A stretch of 64,000 bases of DNA from an uncultured Planctomycetota bacterium (lineage in GTDB: Bacteria; Planctomycetota; PLA2; JAEUHO01). The stretch spans positions 352,001 through 416,000 of the forward strand of contig CAVVXN010000001.1 in assembly GCA_963752285.1 (NCBI GenBank). Direction: 5' to 3'. The notes under the pieces are model-generated. The model made no database searches, was not told the origin of the DNA, and saw only the letters and a list, made by a program, of their open reading frames with translations. Of this stretch, positions 36,454 to 47,618 are shown in pieces. Position 1 is the first letter of the stretch. Each line of letters begins with the position of its first letter. Made by a program: the position numbers and the translations under genes.

Positions 36454-37229
36454 TCGTGGGCTTCGAGACGATCCGGCTCGCGGTCGGTGACGACGGCGTC
36501 GCGACGCTCACCATCGACCGCCCCGAGGTGCACAACGCCATCGACCGCCGGATGGTCGGCGAGATGCACGAGGCGCTCGGCGCGCTCGAGCCGAGGGACG
36601 ACCTCCGCGCGCTCGTCCTCGCCTCGACCGGCGGCAAGGCCTTCGTCTCGGGCGCCGACATCGCCGAGCTCCGCGACCGGCGTCGCGCGGACGCGCTCGA
36701 GGGCATCAACGCGCGGCTCTTCGCGCGGGTCGAGGCGTTCCCGCGGCCCACGGTGGCGGCCGTCGTCGGGTGGTGTCTCGGCGGCGGGCTCGAGCTCGCC
36801 CTCGCCTGCGACTTCCGCGTGGCCGGACACACGTCGCGCTTCGGCCAGCCCGAGGTGGGGCTCGGGATCATGGCGGCTGCCGGCGGCACGCGGCGGCTCC
36901 CCCGACTGGTGGGTCTCTCGACCGCGCGGCGTCTGCTCTTCGGTGGCGAGATCGTGGGGGCCGACGAGGCCCTGCGCCTCGGCCTCGTGGACCGGGTGGT
37001 GCCCGACGAGGGGGTCCCCGCCGCCGCCGCCGCGCTCCTCGCCCCGATCCTCGCCCAGGCGCCGGAGGCCGTACGCCGGACCAAGGAAGCCCTGACGGCC
37101 TGGCTCCACGGCGCGGGGGAAGAGGCCCTTCAGCGCCTCGACGACGAGATCCAGGCGGACCTCTTCGAGCACCCGGACAAGCGCGCCCGGATGGACGCGT
37201 TCCTCGCCCGGAAGAAACGGCCCCGCTGA
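36450..37229 (+). CDS. Enoyl-CoA hydratase/isomerase
   Basis: GTG overlaps the upstream stop; FVSGADI, GGGLELALACD, GQPEVGLG. Confidence 0.93.
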   Translation: MIVGFETIRLAVGDDGVATLTIDRPEVHNAIDRRMVGEMHEALGALEPRDDLRALVLASTGGKAFVSGADIAELRDRRRADALEGINARLFARVEAFPRPTVAAVVGWCLGGGLELALACDFRVAGHTSRFGQPEVGLGIMAAAGGTRRLPRLVGLSTARRLLFGGEIVGADEALRLGLVDRVVPDEGVPAAAAALLAPILAQAPEAVRRTKEALTAWLHGAGEEALQRLDDEIQADLFEHPDKRARMDAFLARKKRPR

Positions 37230-37353
37230 GGGCCGAGTCCGCGCCCTCCCCCGCCTCCCGCGCCCGCCGACCACCTGGAGAGTGCGATTGTGGAGAACGG
37301 GGCTATGCTCCGGTCACGGGGCGTCCCCCGGCGGCCCCCCGGTGGAGTACGGC

Positions 37354-37779
37354 ATGCGCACGCCCCTCGTCGCCTCGCTTGCGCTCGCCGCCGGCCTCTT
37401 CGCGGGCTGCTGCCAGGGACCCGGGTACACCCGCGCCGCCGGGACGATCGCCGGGACCGCCACGGGCGCTTTCCTCGGCGCCGCGGCCTCGCCGTGCGAC
37501 CGCGGGGGGGGTGCCCTCGTCGGGGGGACCCTCGGCCTCGTCGCGGGGACCCTGGCCGGCGACGCCATCGCCCAGGACCAGGAATGCCCGGGCTGCCTGC
37601 CGCCCGTCCACCACCGGAGGTGCAGCGACTGCCAGCCCCGCCCGCTCCCCCGGCGCACGGTGATCCGGCGACGCGTGTACATCGTCGAGGACGGCGTCGA
37701 GCGGCCCGCCGACGAGGTGATCGAGGAGGTCGAGGTCCCCCCGCCGCCCCCGTACGGGTACGGCCACCCCGGCCGCTGA
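37354..37779 (+). CDS. Glycine-zipper lipoprotein
   Basis: Lipobox FAGC; GTIAGTATGAFLGAA...GALVGGTLGLVAG; Pro/Cys-rich tail. Confidence 0.7.
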   Translation: MRTPLVASLALAAGLFAGCCQGPGYTRAAGTIAGTATGAFLGAAASPCDRGGGALVGGTLGLVAGTLAGDAIAQDQECPGCLPPVHHRRCSDCQPRPLPRRTVIRRRVYIVEDGVERPADEVIEEVEVPPPPPYGYGHPGR

Positions 37780-37856
37780 GCCGCCACCGCCCCTTCGTCG
37801 GGTCGCCCGGACGCGCCGTCCTGATAGCCTCCCCGCCCTTGCGGGAGGGCGTCGAG

Positions 37857-38737
<881 letters not shown>

Positions 38738-38738
<1 letters not shown>

Positions 38739-39583
38739 TGGGAGGGCCGGTCACCGACGTCCACGTGCACGTCCAGCCGCAGGGGATGATCCGGCCGGCC
38801 GTGGCGAAGGCCTTCCTCCGGGGTCGGAAGGACCCCCTGGCCGACGCGTGCCACGAGGACCCCGCGGCGCTGCTGGCGTACATGGACCTCGCGGGCGTGG
38901 ACCGGATGGTGCTCATCAACTACGAGAGCCCCGACGTGATGGGGTTCACGAAGGAGACGAACGACTGGGTCGTCCGGTACTGCCGCGCGGCGCCCGACCG
39001 GCTCCTCCCGTGCGTGGGCGTGAACCCGCGCTTCGAGAAGGACGTCGGGGGCGAGGCCCGGCGACTCGTGGAAGCGGGCGCCCGGATGTTCAAGGTGCAC
39101 GGGCCGCACATGCTGCTCCGACCGAACGCCTACCTCGACGAGTGGCCGTCGCTCGGGGACCTGTACGCGGCGGCCCAGGAGTCGGGGCGGCCCGTGATGT
39201 TCCACACCGGGACGAGCATCTTCCCCGGCGCGCGGATCAAGTACGGCGATCCCGTGCAGGTGGACGACGTGGGGACGGACTTCCCCGACCTCGAGGTAAT
39301 CGTGGCGCACGGGGGACGCCCGTTCTGGACGGAGGCGTCGTGGTTCCTCCTCCGGCGCTTCGAGCGCTTCTGGCTCGACGTGTCCGGGATCCCGCCGTCT
39401 CGCCTCCTCGAGTGGTTCCCCCGGCTCGAGGAGATCGGCGACCGCGTGCTGTTCGGCACGGACTGGCCGAGTCCCGGCGTCCCGCCGGTCGCGGACAACC
39501 TGGCGAGGATCCGCGCGCTCCCGCTCGCGCCGGCGACGATCGAGAAGATCGTCTCGGAGAACGCCCAACGCCTGCTCCCCTAG
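38738..39583 (+). CDS. Amidohydrolase_2 family protein
   Basis: DVHVH, FHTG, AHGG, LFGTDWP. Confidence 0.9.
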
Positions 39584-39584
39584 A

Positions 39585-39616
39585 CATACGGAGCCAGAGC
39601 AATTTGTCCGAATCAG
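39585..39616 (+). repeat. Left arm of a perfect 32-bp inverted repeat flanking trxC
   Basis: CATACGGAGCCAGAGCAATTTGTCCGAATCAG; its exact reverse complement is at 40369-40400. Confidence 0.92.
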
Positions 39617-39810
39617 CGGGGGTGACGCGCGCCGACCGACCGGCCTCCGCGCGGCCGAGCCGACCGCCCGTTCCGGTTCCTCGGCCGCCGTCTGCGCGAA
39701 CGACGCAGGCCTCCCCGCGCGGCCCGGGCCGCTCGGGACGCGATCGCTTCCGGGTTCTTCGCGTTTCCGCGCGCGGTCGTACGATGCCGCGGGGGCGGAG
39801 GAGGCCGGCG

Positions 39811-40281
39811 ATGGGCGCGGTGCGGACGGACGAGCACGGGGTCGTGGTCCTCTGTCCCGGCTGCGCGCGGAAGAACCGGGTCGCCTACGAGAACTTGGGA
39901 GCGAAGGGGCGCTGCGGCGCGTGCGGCGCGGAGCTCCCCGCCCTGGGCCAGCCGGTCGAGGTCACGAGCGACGCCGCGTTCGCTCGGCTCCTGTCGGAGT
40001 CTCCGGTCCCGGTGCTCGTGGACTTCTGGGCCGGCTGGTGCGGGCCCTGCCTGATGGTTGCCCCGGAGCTGGAGGCCGTGGCGCGGCGCGCGGCGGGAGG
40101 GCTGGTCGTGGCCAAGGTCGAGACCGAGGACCTCCCCGGCCTCTCACAGGCGCTCCGCGTCACCTCGATCCCCACGTTGGTGCTCTTCCGGGACGGCCAC
40201 GAGCTCGGGCGCCTCGCGGGTGCGCGTCCGGCCGAGGCCATCACGCTCTTCGTCGACCAGACGCTCGTCCGCGCGGCGTAG
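39811..40281 (+). CDS. trxC: Thioredoxin 2 type (N-terminal Zn finger plus WCGPC)
   Basis: GGAGGAGG before ATG 39811; CPGC...CGAC and DFWAGWCGPC. Confidence 0.9.
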   Translation: MGAVRTDEHGVVVLCPGCARKNRVAYENLGAKGRCGACGAELPALGQPVEVTSDAAFARLLSESPVPVLVDFWAGWCGPCLMVAPELEAVARRAAGGLVVAKVETEDLPGLSQALRVTSIPTLVLFRDGHELGRLAGARPAEAITLFVDQTLVRAA

Positions 40282-40368
40282 CGACCCAGAGCGAGACCCT
40301 CGCGGGCGCGGGCCGTCCCTCCCGCCGGGATCCGCGTCGCGGTGCGGCCGGGGACCCCGCACCGCCGC

Positions 40369-40400
40369 CTGATTCGGACAAATTGCTCTGGCTCCGTATG
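40369..40400 (-). repeat. Right arm of the 32-bp inverted repeat flanking trxC
   Basis: CTGATTCGGACAAATTGCTCTGGCTCCGTATG. Confidence 0.92.
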
Positions 40401-40424
40401 GTGGGGGGGCGATGGTTCCGGGGG

Positions 40425-40997
40425 TCAGCGTCGCGGCGGGGTCGGGGACCCCGCGCCGCCGCCGGCCTCGGCCGGGCCGCTCTCCGGGCTCCTTGCGCGG
40501 AACGTGCCGCGTTCGTAGTCCTTCTCCACCCCGGGGAACCGCAGCACCTTGTCGTGCATCACGCAATAGACGCCCGGCGGGAGGATCTGCACCGCCAGCA
40601 GCGCCTCCGTAATGTTCTGCACGGCGTCCGTGGTCCTGAGGACGTAGGGTCGCATCGCCCCCGTCAGCACGATCGGCACCGGGGGCGTCCCGAGGATCTC
40701 GACGATCCGCTCCCCGGTGACGTTCAGCCGGTCCGTGCCGTGCACGATCACCACGCCGTCGTGCGTCTGCGCCATCGCCTCCGCGGTCTTCGCGATCCGC
40801 GTGTGGTCCTCGGCCGACATCTGCAGGCTGTCCTTGTTCATCAGCGGCACGCGCGAGACCTCCACGCCTTCCAAGAGGAGGCGGGCGAGCAGCACGTCGA
40901 GGACGCTGTACGCGTTGTGGAGGACGCCCTGCAGCTCGTCGTACGTCTTCTCGACGGTGCCGCCGGTCGAGATCAGGGCGATGAGGCGCTTCGACAT
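40425..40997 (-). CDS. Short asparaginase-domain protein (N-terminal catalytic domain only)
   Basis: STGGTVEK, KDS, HGTD, LTGAMRP; 190 aa. Confidence 0.88.
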   Translation of the reverse strand: MSKRLIALISTGGTVEKTYDELQGVLHNAYSVLDVLLARLLLEGVEVSRVPLMNKDSLQMSAEDHTRIAKTAEAMAQTHDGVVIVHGTDRLNVTGERIVEILGTPPVPIVLTGAMRPYVLRTTDAVQNITEALLAVQILPPGVYCVMHDKVLRFPGVEKDYERGTFRARSPESGPAEAGGGAGSPTPPRR

Positions 40998-41045
40998 GGC
41001 GCGGCAGCATACCCGCGGCCCGTCGGGCGTCCGCCCCCGCCACGC

Positions 41046-43055
41046 TCAGAACGAGAAGCCGAAGCCGAAGTGGACCTGCCAGGGCCGCGTGGCCGCCCAC
41101 CAGCGTCCGGGGTTCCAGGCGACGTCCATCCGCACGGGGCCGACCGGCGTGTAGTAGCGGAGGCCGAGGCCCACGCCGTAGCCCCAGGCCCCGTCGAGCG
41201 AGAACGCGCGCTCGGCCACCAGGCCCGTGTCCACGAACGCCGCGCCGTGCAGGCTCTCGACGAGCTGCCGGCGGAGCTCGGCGTGCGCCTCGAAGGCCGT
41301 GCGCCCGCCGAGCCCGCCCCGGTACGCGTCCACCGGGGTGAGCTGATCCTGGCCGAAGGACCGCACGCTCTCGGAACCGCCCAGGAAGTAGCGCTCCTCG
41401 AGGGGCAGGGTCACGCGATCGCCGAGGATCGGCTTGGCCTTCCCGCGGACGTCGAACGCGAGCACGGTCAGCTTGCCGAGGGGCACGTACGCGGAGACCT
41501 GGGCGTCCACCTCGACGTAGGCGAGGTTCGCGCCGAGCTCCGGCCGGCTCGCGAAGACCCCCGCGTCGAGGAGCCAGCCCTTCGTGGGGAGGAAGAGGTG
41601 GTCGCGCCGGTCCCACCGCGCGCGGAGGAACACGCCGGCCGAGCGACTGAAGCCCTCGACGTCGCCCCGCTCGACGGGCGGGATGCTCGAATCCACCTGG
41701 AACGCGTGCTTTTCCTCGTAGCGATAGCCGAGCCGGAGCTTCCACTTGTCGGGGAGGGTCTGTTCCGCGTACGCCTCGCCGTGGAAGCCCCAGAACGAGT
41801 AGAAGGGCTCGATCCGGCGCAGCACCCCGATCGAGGCGCTCGCGACGCGGTTCTCGCCGAGGATCCACGGGTCCTCTACGGTCACGTCGGCGCCGAGGTG
41901 GCGCACGGCGGCGAGGCCACGGAGCTCGAGGAACCGGCCCCGTCCCGTGAAGTTGAAGTCCTTGTACGCCACGACCGCGCGCGCGAGCTCCCAGCTGCCG
42001 TAGCCCGCGCCGAGGTCCACGCGGCGCGAGGGCGCCTCCTCCAGCTTCACGACGACGTCGTCCACGCCCGGGCGCACGGTCTCGAGCGTCTGGTCGATCG
42101 TCCGGAACGCGCCCACCGCGTACACGTTCGTGAGGCCCTTCTGGAGGAGGCTCCGTCTCAGGAGGGCGCCCTCCGCCACGGGGATGCGCCGCCGGAGGAA
42201 GCCCGGGTTCGTCCGACGCAGCCCTTCGAAGCGGACGGTCCCGAGTTGGACGCGCTCCCCCCGACGCACGTGGACCGTGATCCGGGCCTCGCCCTTCTTC
42301 TCGTCGATCTCGACGGAGGGTGTCGCCTCGGCGTGCGCGAACCCGCGCTCCTCGAGCGCGTCGCGCACGTCGCCCGCGATCTCCGCAGCGAGACCCCCGC
42401 GATAGGGCTTCCCGACCCACGACGCGCGGTCCACGAGCGAGGCCTCGTCGCCCGCCACGCGGAGGTCCGCCACGACGAACCGTCGGTCCTCGACGACCGG
42501 GACGACCACGTCGACGGTCGTGTGTGCGGGGTCCCACTCGGCGCGCGCGGGACCCACCTTCGCGTGGAGGTAGCCGTGCGCTCGGTACCAGGTCTCGACC
42601 CTCGCGGCGCCGGCGCTCTCACGGGCCTCGTTCCAGATCCTCGCCCCCCGGCCGAAGGTGCCCTTCTCGGGCAGGAAGTCGTCTACGAACGTCGCGGTCG
42701 GGGCGTGCGTGGCCCCCGGGAAGCGGACGTCCCGGATGATCCCGAAGTGTCCCTCCTCCACGCGGAAGACGATCGTGGTGCCCTCGTCGGCGAGATCGAC
42801 CTTTCCGTCCGGGAAGCCCTCGCGCACGAGGTAGCGCTCCATCGCGTACGCGGCGTCGTACGCGTCGGCCTCGGGGTGGGTGCCGCGGACCATCGACTCG
42901 AGCTCGCTCCGCGCGGCGCGGACCAGGTCGTCGCGCCGGGTACGCACGTTTCCCTCCACACGGAAGTCGCCGACGGGCAGCGGCGGCTCCCACGGCAGCC
43001 GTGCGTGGCAGGCCGAGAGCACGAGCAGGCTGAGGAGCGCAAACAGCCCTCTCAT
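41046..43055 (-). CDS. Omp85-family (TamA/TamL-like) outer membrane protein with POTRA domains, predicted lipoprotein
   Basis: ATG 43055 overlaps the tamB stop; LLVLSAC lipobox; POTRA-like repeats; FLGGSESVRSF; GLGLRYYTPVGPVRMD; terminal HFGFGFSF. Confidence 0.9.
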   Translation of the reverse strand: MRGLFALLSLLVLSACHARLPWEPPLPVGDFRVEGNVRTRRDDLVRAARSELESMVRGTHPEADAYDAAYAMERYLVREGFPDGKVDLADEGTTIVFRVEEGHFGIIRDVRFPGATHAPTATFVDDFLPEKGTFGRGARIWNEARESAGAARVETWYRAHGYLHAKVGPARAEWDPAHTTVDVVVPVVEDRRFVVADLRVAGDEASLVDRASWVGKPYRGGLAAEIAGDVRDALEERGFAHAEATPSVEIDEKKGEARITVHVRRGERVQLGTVRFEGLRRTNPGFLRRRIPVAEGALLRRSLLQKGLTNVYAVGAFRTIDQTLETVRPGVDDVVVKLEEAPSRRVDLGAGYGSWELARAVVAYKDFNFTGRGRFLELRGLAAVRHLGADVTVEDPWILGENRVASASIGVLRRIEPFYSFWGFHGEAYAEQTLPDKWKLRLGYRYEEKHAFQVDSSIPPVERGDVEGFSRSAGVFLRARWDRRDHLFLPTKGWLLDAGVFASRPELGANLAYVEVDAQVSAYVPLGKLTVLAFDVRGKAKPILGDRVTLPLEERYFLGGSESVRSFGQDQLTPVDAYRGGLGGRTAFEAHAELRRQLVESLHGAAFVDTGLVAERAFSLDGAWGYGVGLGLRYYTPVGPVRMDVAWNPGRWWAATRPWQVHFGFGFSF

Positions 43056-46000
43056 CGCAGGCGGATCCGCCAGACGAAGGTGGTGTCGGTCTCGTCGTAC
43101 TTGTCCCGCTCGATCCGTACGTACGCGTGCTCCGAGAGCTGGCCCTCGGCCTCGATGGTCTGGTTTCCGCGGCGCGTGCGCTCGCGGCCCACGGTGAGGC
43201 GGAACCGGTCGAAGAAGGGGCGTCCCCCCTCCGGGTCCGAGGTGCCGCGCGCGACGGAGAGGAGGTTCTCGCCGAAGAACGAGAACGCCTTTTGAAGCGT
43301 GATCCCCTCGACGCCGCCCGGCCCCGCGCCGCCCGGCGTGGCGCCGGTGGCGAGGAGGAGCATCGCGTCCGCGTCGGACAGCCGCGGCCGGGAGAAGACG
43401 TGGAGCTCCACGTCGGGCAGCGTCCCGGTGACGCGGACGCCGAGCTCGTAGCCGCTCGCGCGCGAGAGCGCCGTCGCCCGGATCTCGGGGCGATCCGGCT
43501 CGCCTGCGAGGAACTCGATCCGCGCGCCCTGGACGTCGAGCGTCGCCGCGGGCAGGTAGATCAGCCCCGTGTCCGACGTCAGGTGGCCGACGGGCACGGG
43601 CTCGCGGCCGGTCCCGCCCAGCGTCGCGTCCACGCTCGCGTCCGCGCGGATCAGGTTGTTCCGGATGCGGATCGACTGGTCGCCCGTCACGCGCACGTCC
43701 AGGTGCGCGCTCGCGAGCGGCTCGACGTCGAGCGTGAAGAGCCGGAACTCCGCCTCGTCCGTGGACGGCGCGTCGCCGGCGACGTTCATGGCCGCGACGT
43801 AGAGCAGGTCCACGATCCGGGCGTCGCCCGCGATCGTCGGGGTCCGGAGCGTGCCGCCGACCCGGAGGTCGAGGTCCGCGCGGAGACGCATGGCGTCGCT
43901 CCGCGCGAGGAGGAGGCGCTTCCCCCGGACCACGAGACGGAGCGGGACCCCGTCCGCGCCCGGGAGGCCCGCGGAGCCCGTCACCGCGAAGGGCGCGTAG
44001 CCGAGCTGGCCCTGGAGTCGGCCGATCTCGATGCGATCCCCGGTGACGTGGATCTCCGCCTCGACGTCCGTCACCACGGGGAAGTCCCGGATGCGGACCC
44101 GCCCCTTCGTGACGTGGACCTCTCCCCGCCAGGACGGGGCGCCGACCGTCCCGCCGAGCGTGACGACGCCGCGGACGTCGCCGTCCACCTCCTCGATCGT
44201 CGGTACGAGCGCCCTGAGCGGCGCCCACGACGCGACCCGCGCCGAGAGCGTCCCCTCGACCGACGCGCCCAGGAACCCCTCCAGGTCGGCCGGGTCCGTC
44301 CAGTCGATCCCGCCGTCGACCGTGGCGTGGCCCTCCACGTGGACCGCGCCCCGCTCGGGCATCCTGCTCGTGAGCGTGACGCGGTCCTTCGTCGCCTCGA
44401 GGCGGACCTCGACCTCCGCTCCGGGCTCGCCCTCCGGCACGCCGGCGAGCGCGACCGAGGTGAGCGCCGCGTGGAGTCCCTCCGCGTCGCCCGTCACGTG
44501 CACGTGCGCGATCCGGGCGGATACGCCGGCCGGCAGCGGCACCTCGCCCTCGATGTCGAGGTGGGGCAGGACGCGGTCCACGCGCGCGAGGCCCGACGTC
44601 GTGAGGCGCCAGGGGAGCCGCGCCGTGCCCACGAGGGCGAGCCCGCGCGCGCCCGTCGCCCGGAAGCGCGAGAGCTCGATCCCGCCGTCCTCGCCCTGGC
44701 GCAGGCCGATCTCGACGTCGCCCTCGAGGCCGAGGCCGGCGAGGCCCGCGAGCGTGCCCTCGACCGAGAAGGACGTGTCGCGTACCGACACCCGGCCGCG
44801 CCAGGTCCCGGCGATCGCCGGTACGAGCCGGGACACGTCGAGTCCCTCCACCGTCAGGTCGGCCGACGGGGCGCCGCCGAGGTACGCGATCCGTCCCTCT
44901 ACGTGGGCGCCCTCGACGACGGCGTCGAGGCCGATCACGCGAACGCCCTCCCGGTCCCACGTCAGCTCGGCCGGATGCCCGATGGCCAGGCTCAGGTCGC
45001 CGCGCCCCACGCGGAGCGACCCGAGCGTCGCCCGGCCCTTCGTGACGTCCGCGCTTCCCTGGGCGTGCACCACGAGCCCGAGGCCCTCCGCCGCGAACGC
45101 GCCGAACCGGATCCCCGTCTCGGTCCTCGCGAGCACCAGGGGCTCGAGCAGGCGGACGGCGCCGAAGTCGCCCGAGATGGCGAGGCGGCCCACGGTGGCG
45201 GTCGTAGCGTCCGGGTCGAGGGCGAGCGCGGTCCGCACGTGGACCGACCCGTTCACGGTGACGTCGAGCGGGTCCAGTCGGACCCCGCTCCCGCCCCAGC
45301 GCACCTCGACGGGCGCGTCGAGGGTCAGGTGGTCGGCCACGCGCTCGGCGGTGAGCGCAAGCACGGTCCCGCGGCCCTCCTGGGGGACCGCGCTCGCGTC
45401 GAGCCTCACGTGCGCGTCCGCTACCGCGAGGGCGAGGCCGCGCGCCGTGTACGCGCCACCGTCCCATTGGAGCGTCACGGGCGCTTCGAGGCGGACGGGA
45501 ATCCCCTCCACGTCCGCGGCGAGGGACGAGAGGTCCACGCGGCCACGGTCCACGTCGAGGCGACCGGAGAGGACGCCGTGGCCCCACCCGCCCCGGGCCT
45601 CCAGGGAGGAGACCTCGATCGCGCCGCCCTCGTACGCGACGTGGCCGTGGACCGCGCCCACCGTGCTCGCGCCGAGTGCGAGGTCGGTTCCCGAGAGGTC
45701 TGCGGCGAGGGTGAGCCGCCCCCCCTCGACCGTGATCGACCCGTCGGCCGCGAGGGCTCCGCGAAGGCCCGTCTCCTCGAGGCCGAACGCCGCGGCGAGG
45801 CGCCCGACGTCGGCCGCGCGCCCGTTGAGCGTGGACGCCTCGACCGCGAACGGGGAGAAGGAGAGACGCCCCGAGCCCTCGATCGCGGCGGCCGGCGCCG
45901 AGAGGGTGACGGCCCGGACCTCGAGCGCCGGCCAGCCGAACGTTGCGTCGAGCAGGAGGCGGTCCACGGCCACGTCCGCGAGCGTCGCGTGCTTCCCCTC

Positions 46001-47407
46001 GACCTCGGCGTGAACCGCGGCGGCGCCGACCTCGCCGCGGGCGGTCAGGTGCACGTCCGCGCCGCCGTCGAGCACGTCGGTCCAGCGCGAGAGGTCCTCC
46101 GAGCGCGCGTCGAGGTCGAGGTCGATGCGGGTCCGGCGCCAGGCCCCGGGGTCGTCGGGGAGCGTCACGTCCCCTCTCCCCCGAAGCGTCGTCCCGCGCG
46201 CCGTCACCTCGACGTGCTCCAGGCGGTAGCCGCGCCGACCGAGGCCGCTCGCCGCGACGAAGACCCCGATCGGCTCGTCGAGTCCGGGCACGACGGTTCG
46301 CAGGTCGTCGATCCGGGCGGTGAGCGTCGCCACGTTCGTGAGCAGGAACGGGGACGCGGGATCGACGACCGCGTCCCGGGCCTGCGCCTCGGCGCCCTCG
46401 GCCTCGAGCCGGGCGCTTTCGACCCGGATCCGCCCCTCGCGGTCCGTCCGGCCCTTCACCTCCACGTACGAGATCGAGCGGGAGGCCCACGTGAGCCGGC
46501 TCGCCTGGACGTGGGCCCTCACGACCGGGCCCGCGAGGTCCTCGATCGTGCCCTCCACGCCGAGGCGCCCGGCCGTCGGCAGGCCCGGCTCGGGGACGAG
46601 GCCGCGCACCCACGACGGGATCCGCCCGAGGTCCAGCCCTTCCGCCGCCACGTCTACGCCCGCGCCGGTCGCGTCGAGCCGGACGTCGCCCGCGGGCGTC
46701 GTTACGCGCAGAGAGAGGCGCCCCGAGAGCCGCCAGTCGAGGGCGGGGAGGCCGAACCCGTCGAGCGAGGTGCTCGAGGTCCACGCGAGGTGGGTCGGGT
46801 CGGTGAGCTCGGCGCGGCCGGCGATCTCTCCCTCGAGCGTGTCGCCGTCGAGGCGCACGTCGTCCAGGCGCGCGCGCCACGTACGCGGCGCCACCGTCGC
46901 CACGCGAAGCCCGGCCTCGATCACGCGCCCGCGAGAGGTCGCGCGGAGCCGCGCGTCGGCCTCGACGCGGGGAAGCGCATCGTAAACCGGCGCCAGGACG
47001 AACGAGGGCAGCCTCGCCGGCGCGCCGCCCGAACGGTCGAGGTCGAGCGTCGCCCAGAGCGCGCGCACGTGGATCGCGTGGACGGCCGCGAGGCCCCGCC
47101 CGCCCACGAGACCGAGGAGGTCGTAGTCGGCCGTGACCGCGTCCGCGCCCGCGCCCACGAGCGGTCCGGTCGCCGGAGGCTCGATCATCTCGACGTCCTC
47201 GAGCGAGAGGTCCGAGATCCACGACCCGCCGACGCCCCCGACCGTCCACCGACCGCCGAGTGCGGACGACAGCTCGCGCGCGAGGTACCGGCGCACGAGG
47301 CCGCCGAAGATCGGGCCGCGGAGCAGGTAGAGCAGGGCGACCAGGAGGAGCATCGCGCCGAGCGAGACGCCGAGGACCCGCACGATCCGGTGCCGACGCC
47401 TTGCCAT
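43052..47407 (-). CDS. tamB: Translocation and assembly module TamB/AsmA-like protein
   Basis: GGAGG before ATG 47407; N-terminal TM anchor; long amphipathic beta repeats; DUF490-like C-terminus (IRIRNNL, FSRPRLSDADAMLLLATG). Confidence 0.85.
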   Translation of the reverse strand: MARRRHRIVRVLGVSLGAMLLLVALLYLLRGPIFGGLVRRYLARELSSALGGRWTVGGVGGSWISDLSLEDVEMIEPPATGPLVGAGADAVTADYDLLGLVGGRGLAAVHAIHVRALWATLDLDRSGGAPARLPSFVLAPVYDALPRVEADARLRATSRGRVIEAGLRVATVAPRTWRARLDDVRLDGDTLEGEIAGRAELTDPTHLAWTSSTSLDGFGLPALDWRLSGRLSLRVTTPAGDVRLDATGAGVDVAAEGLDLGRIPSWVRGLVPEPGLPTAGRLGVEGTIEDLAGPVVRAHVQASRLTWASRSISYVEVKGRTDREGRIRVESARLEAEGAEAQARDAVVDPASPFLLTNVATLTARIDDLRTVVPGLDEPIGVFVAASGLGRRGYRLEHVEVTARGTTLRGRGDVTLPDDPGAWRRTRIDLDLDARSEDLSRWTDVLDGGADVHLTARGEVGAAAVHAEVEGKHATLADVAVDRLLLDATFGWPALEVRAVTLSAPAAAIEGSGRLSFSPFAVEASTLNGRAADVGRLAAAFGLEETGLRGALAADGSITVEGGRLTLAADLSGTDLALGASTVGAVHGHVAYEGGAIEVSSLEARGGWGHGVLSGRLDVDRGRVDLSSLAADVEGIPVRLEAPVTLQWDGGAYTARGLALAVADAHVRLDASAVPQEGRGTVLALTAERVADHLTLDAPVEVRWGGSGVRLDPLDVTVNGSVHVRTALALDPDATTATVGRLAISGDFGAVRLLEPLVLARTETGIRFGAFAAEGLGLVVHAQGSADVTKGRATLGSLRVGRGDLSLAIGHPAELTWDREGVRVIGLDAVVEGAHVEGRIAYLGGAPSADLTVEGLDVSRLVPAIAGTWRGRVSVRDTSFSVEGTLAGLAGLGLEGDVEIGLRQGEDGGIELSRFRATGARGLALVGTARLPWRLTTSGLARVDRVLPHLDIEGEVPLPAGVSARIAHVHVTGDAEGLHAALTSVALAGVPEGEPGAEVEVRLEATKDRVTLTSRMPERGAVHVEGHATVDGGIDWTDPADLEGFLGASVEGTLSARVASWAPLRALVPTIEEVDGDVRGVVTLGGTVGAPSWRGEVHVTKGRVRIRDFPVVTDVEAEIHVTGDRIEIGRLQGQLGYAPFAVTGSAGLPGADGVPLRLVVRGKRLLLARSDAMRLRADLDLRVGGTLRTPTIAGDARIVDLLYVAAMNVAGDAPSTDEAEFRLFTLDVEPLASAHLDVRVTGDQSIRIRNNLIRADASVDATLGGTGREPVPVGHLTSDTGLIYLPAATLDVQGARIEFLAGEPDRPEIRATALSRASGYELGVRVTGTLPDVELHVFSRPRLSDADAMLLLATGATPGGAGPGGVEGITLQKAFSFFGENLLSVARGTSDPEGGRPFFDRFRLTVGRERTRRGNQTIEAEGQLSEHAYVRIERDKYDETDTTFVWRIRLR

Positions 47408-47618
47408 GCCCTCCCGCCGATCGTCCCCGACGCCCGTTCTCGCGCCCCCTGGCAAGACGCCGTCGCCGCGCGCGCTCGCCCGGCGACAAGAGGGCCCGAG
47501 CATACGCGAGCCCGGAAACGACTCCGTTCGGTCCCCCGGCCCGTGACGGGTCGAACGACCTTCGCGCGCCCGTCGTACCCTGGCGGCTCGACGCCGGGTC
47601 GCGGGGAGGGACGTCCGC

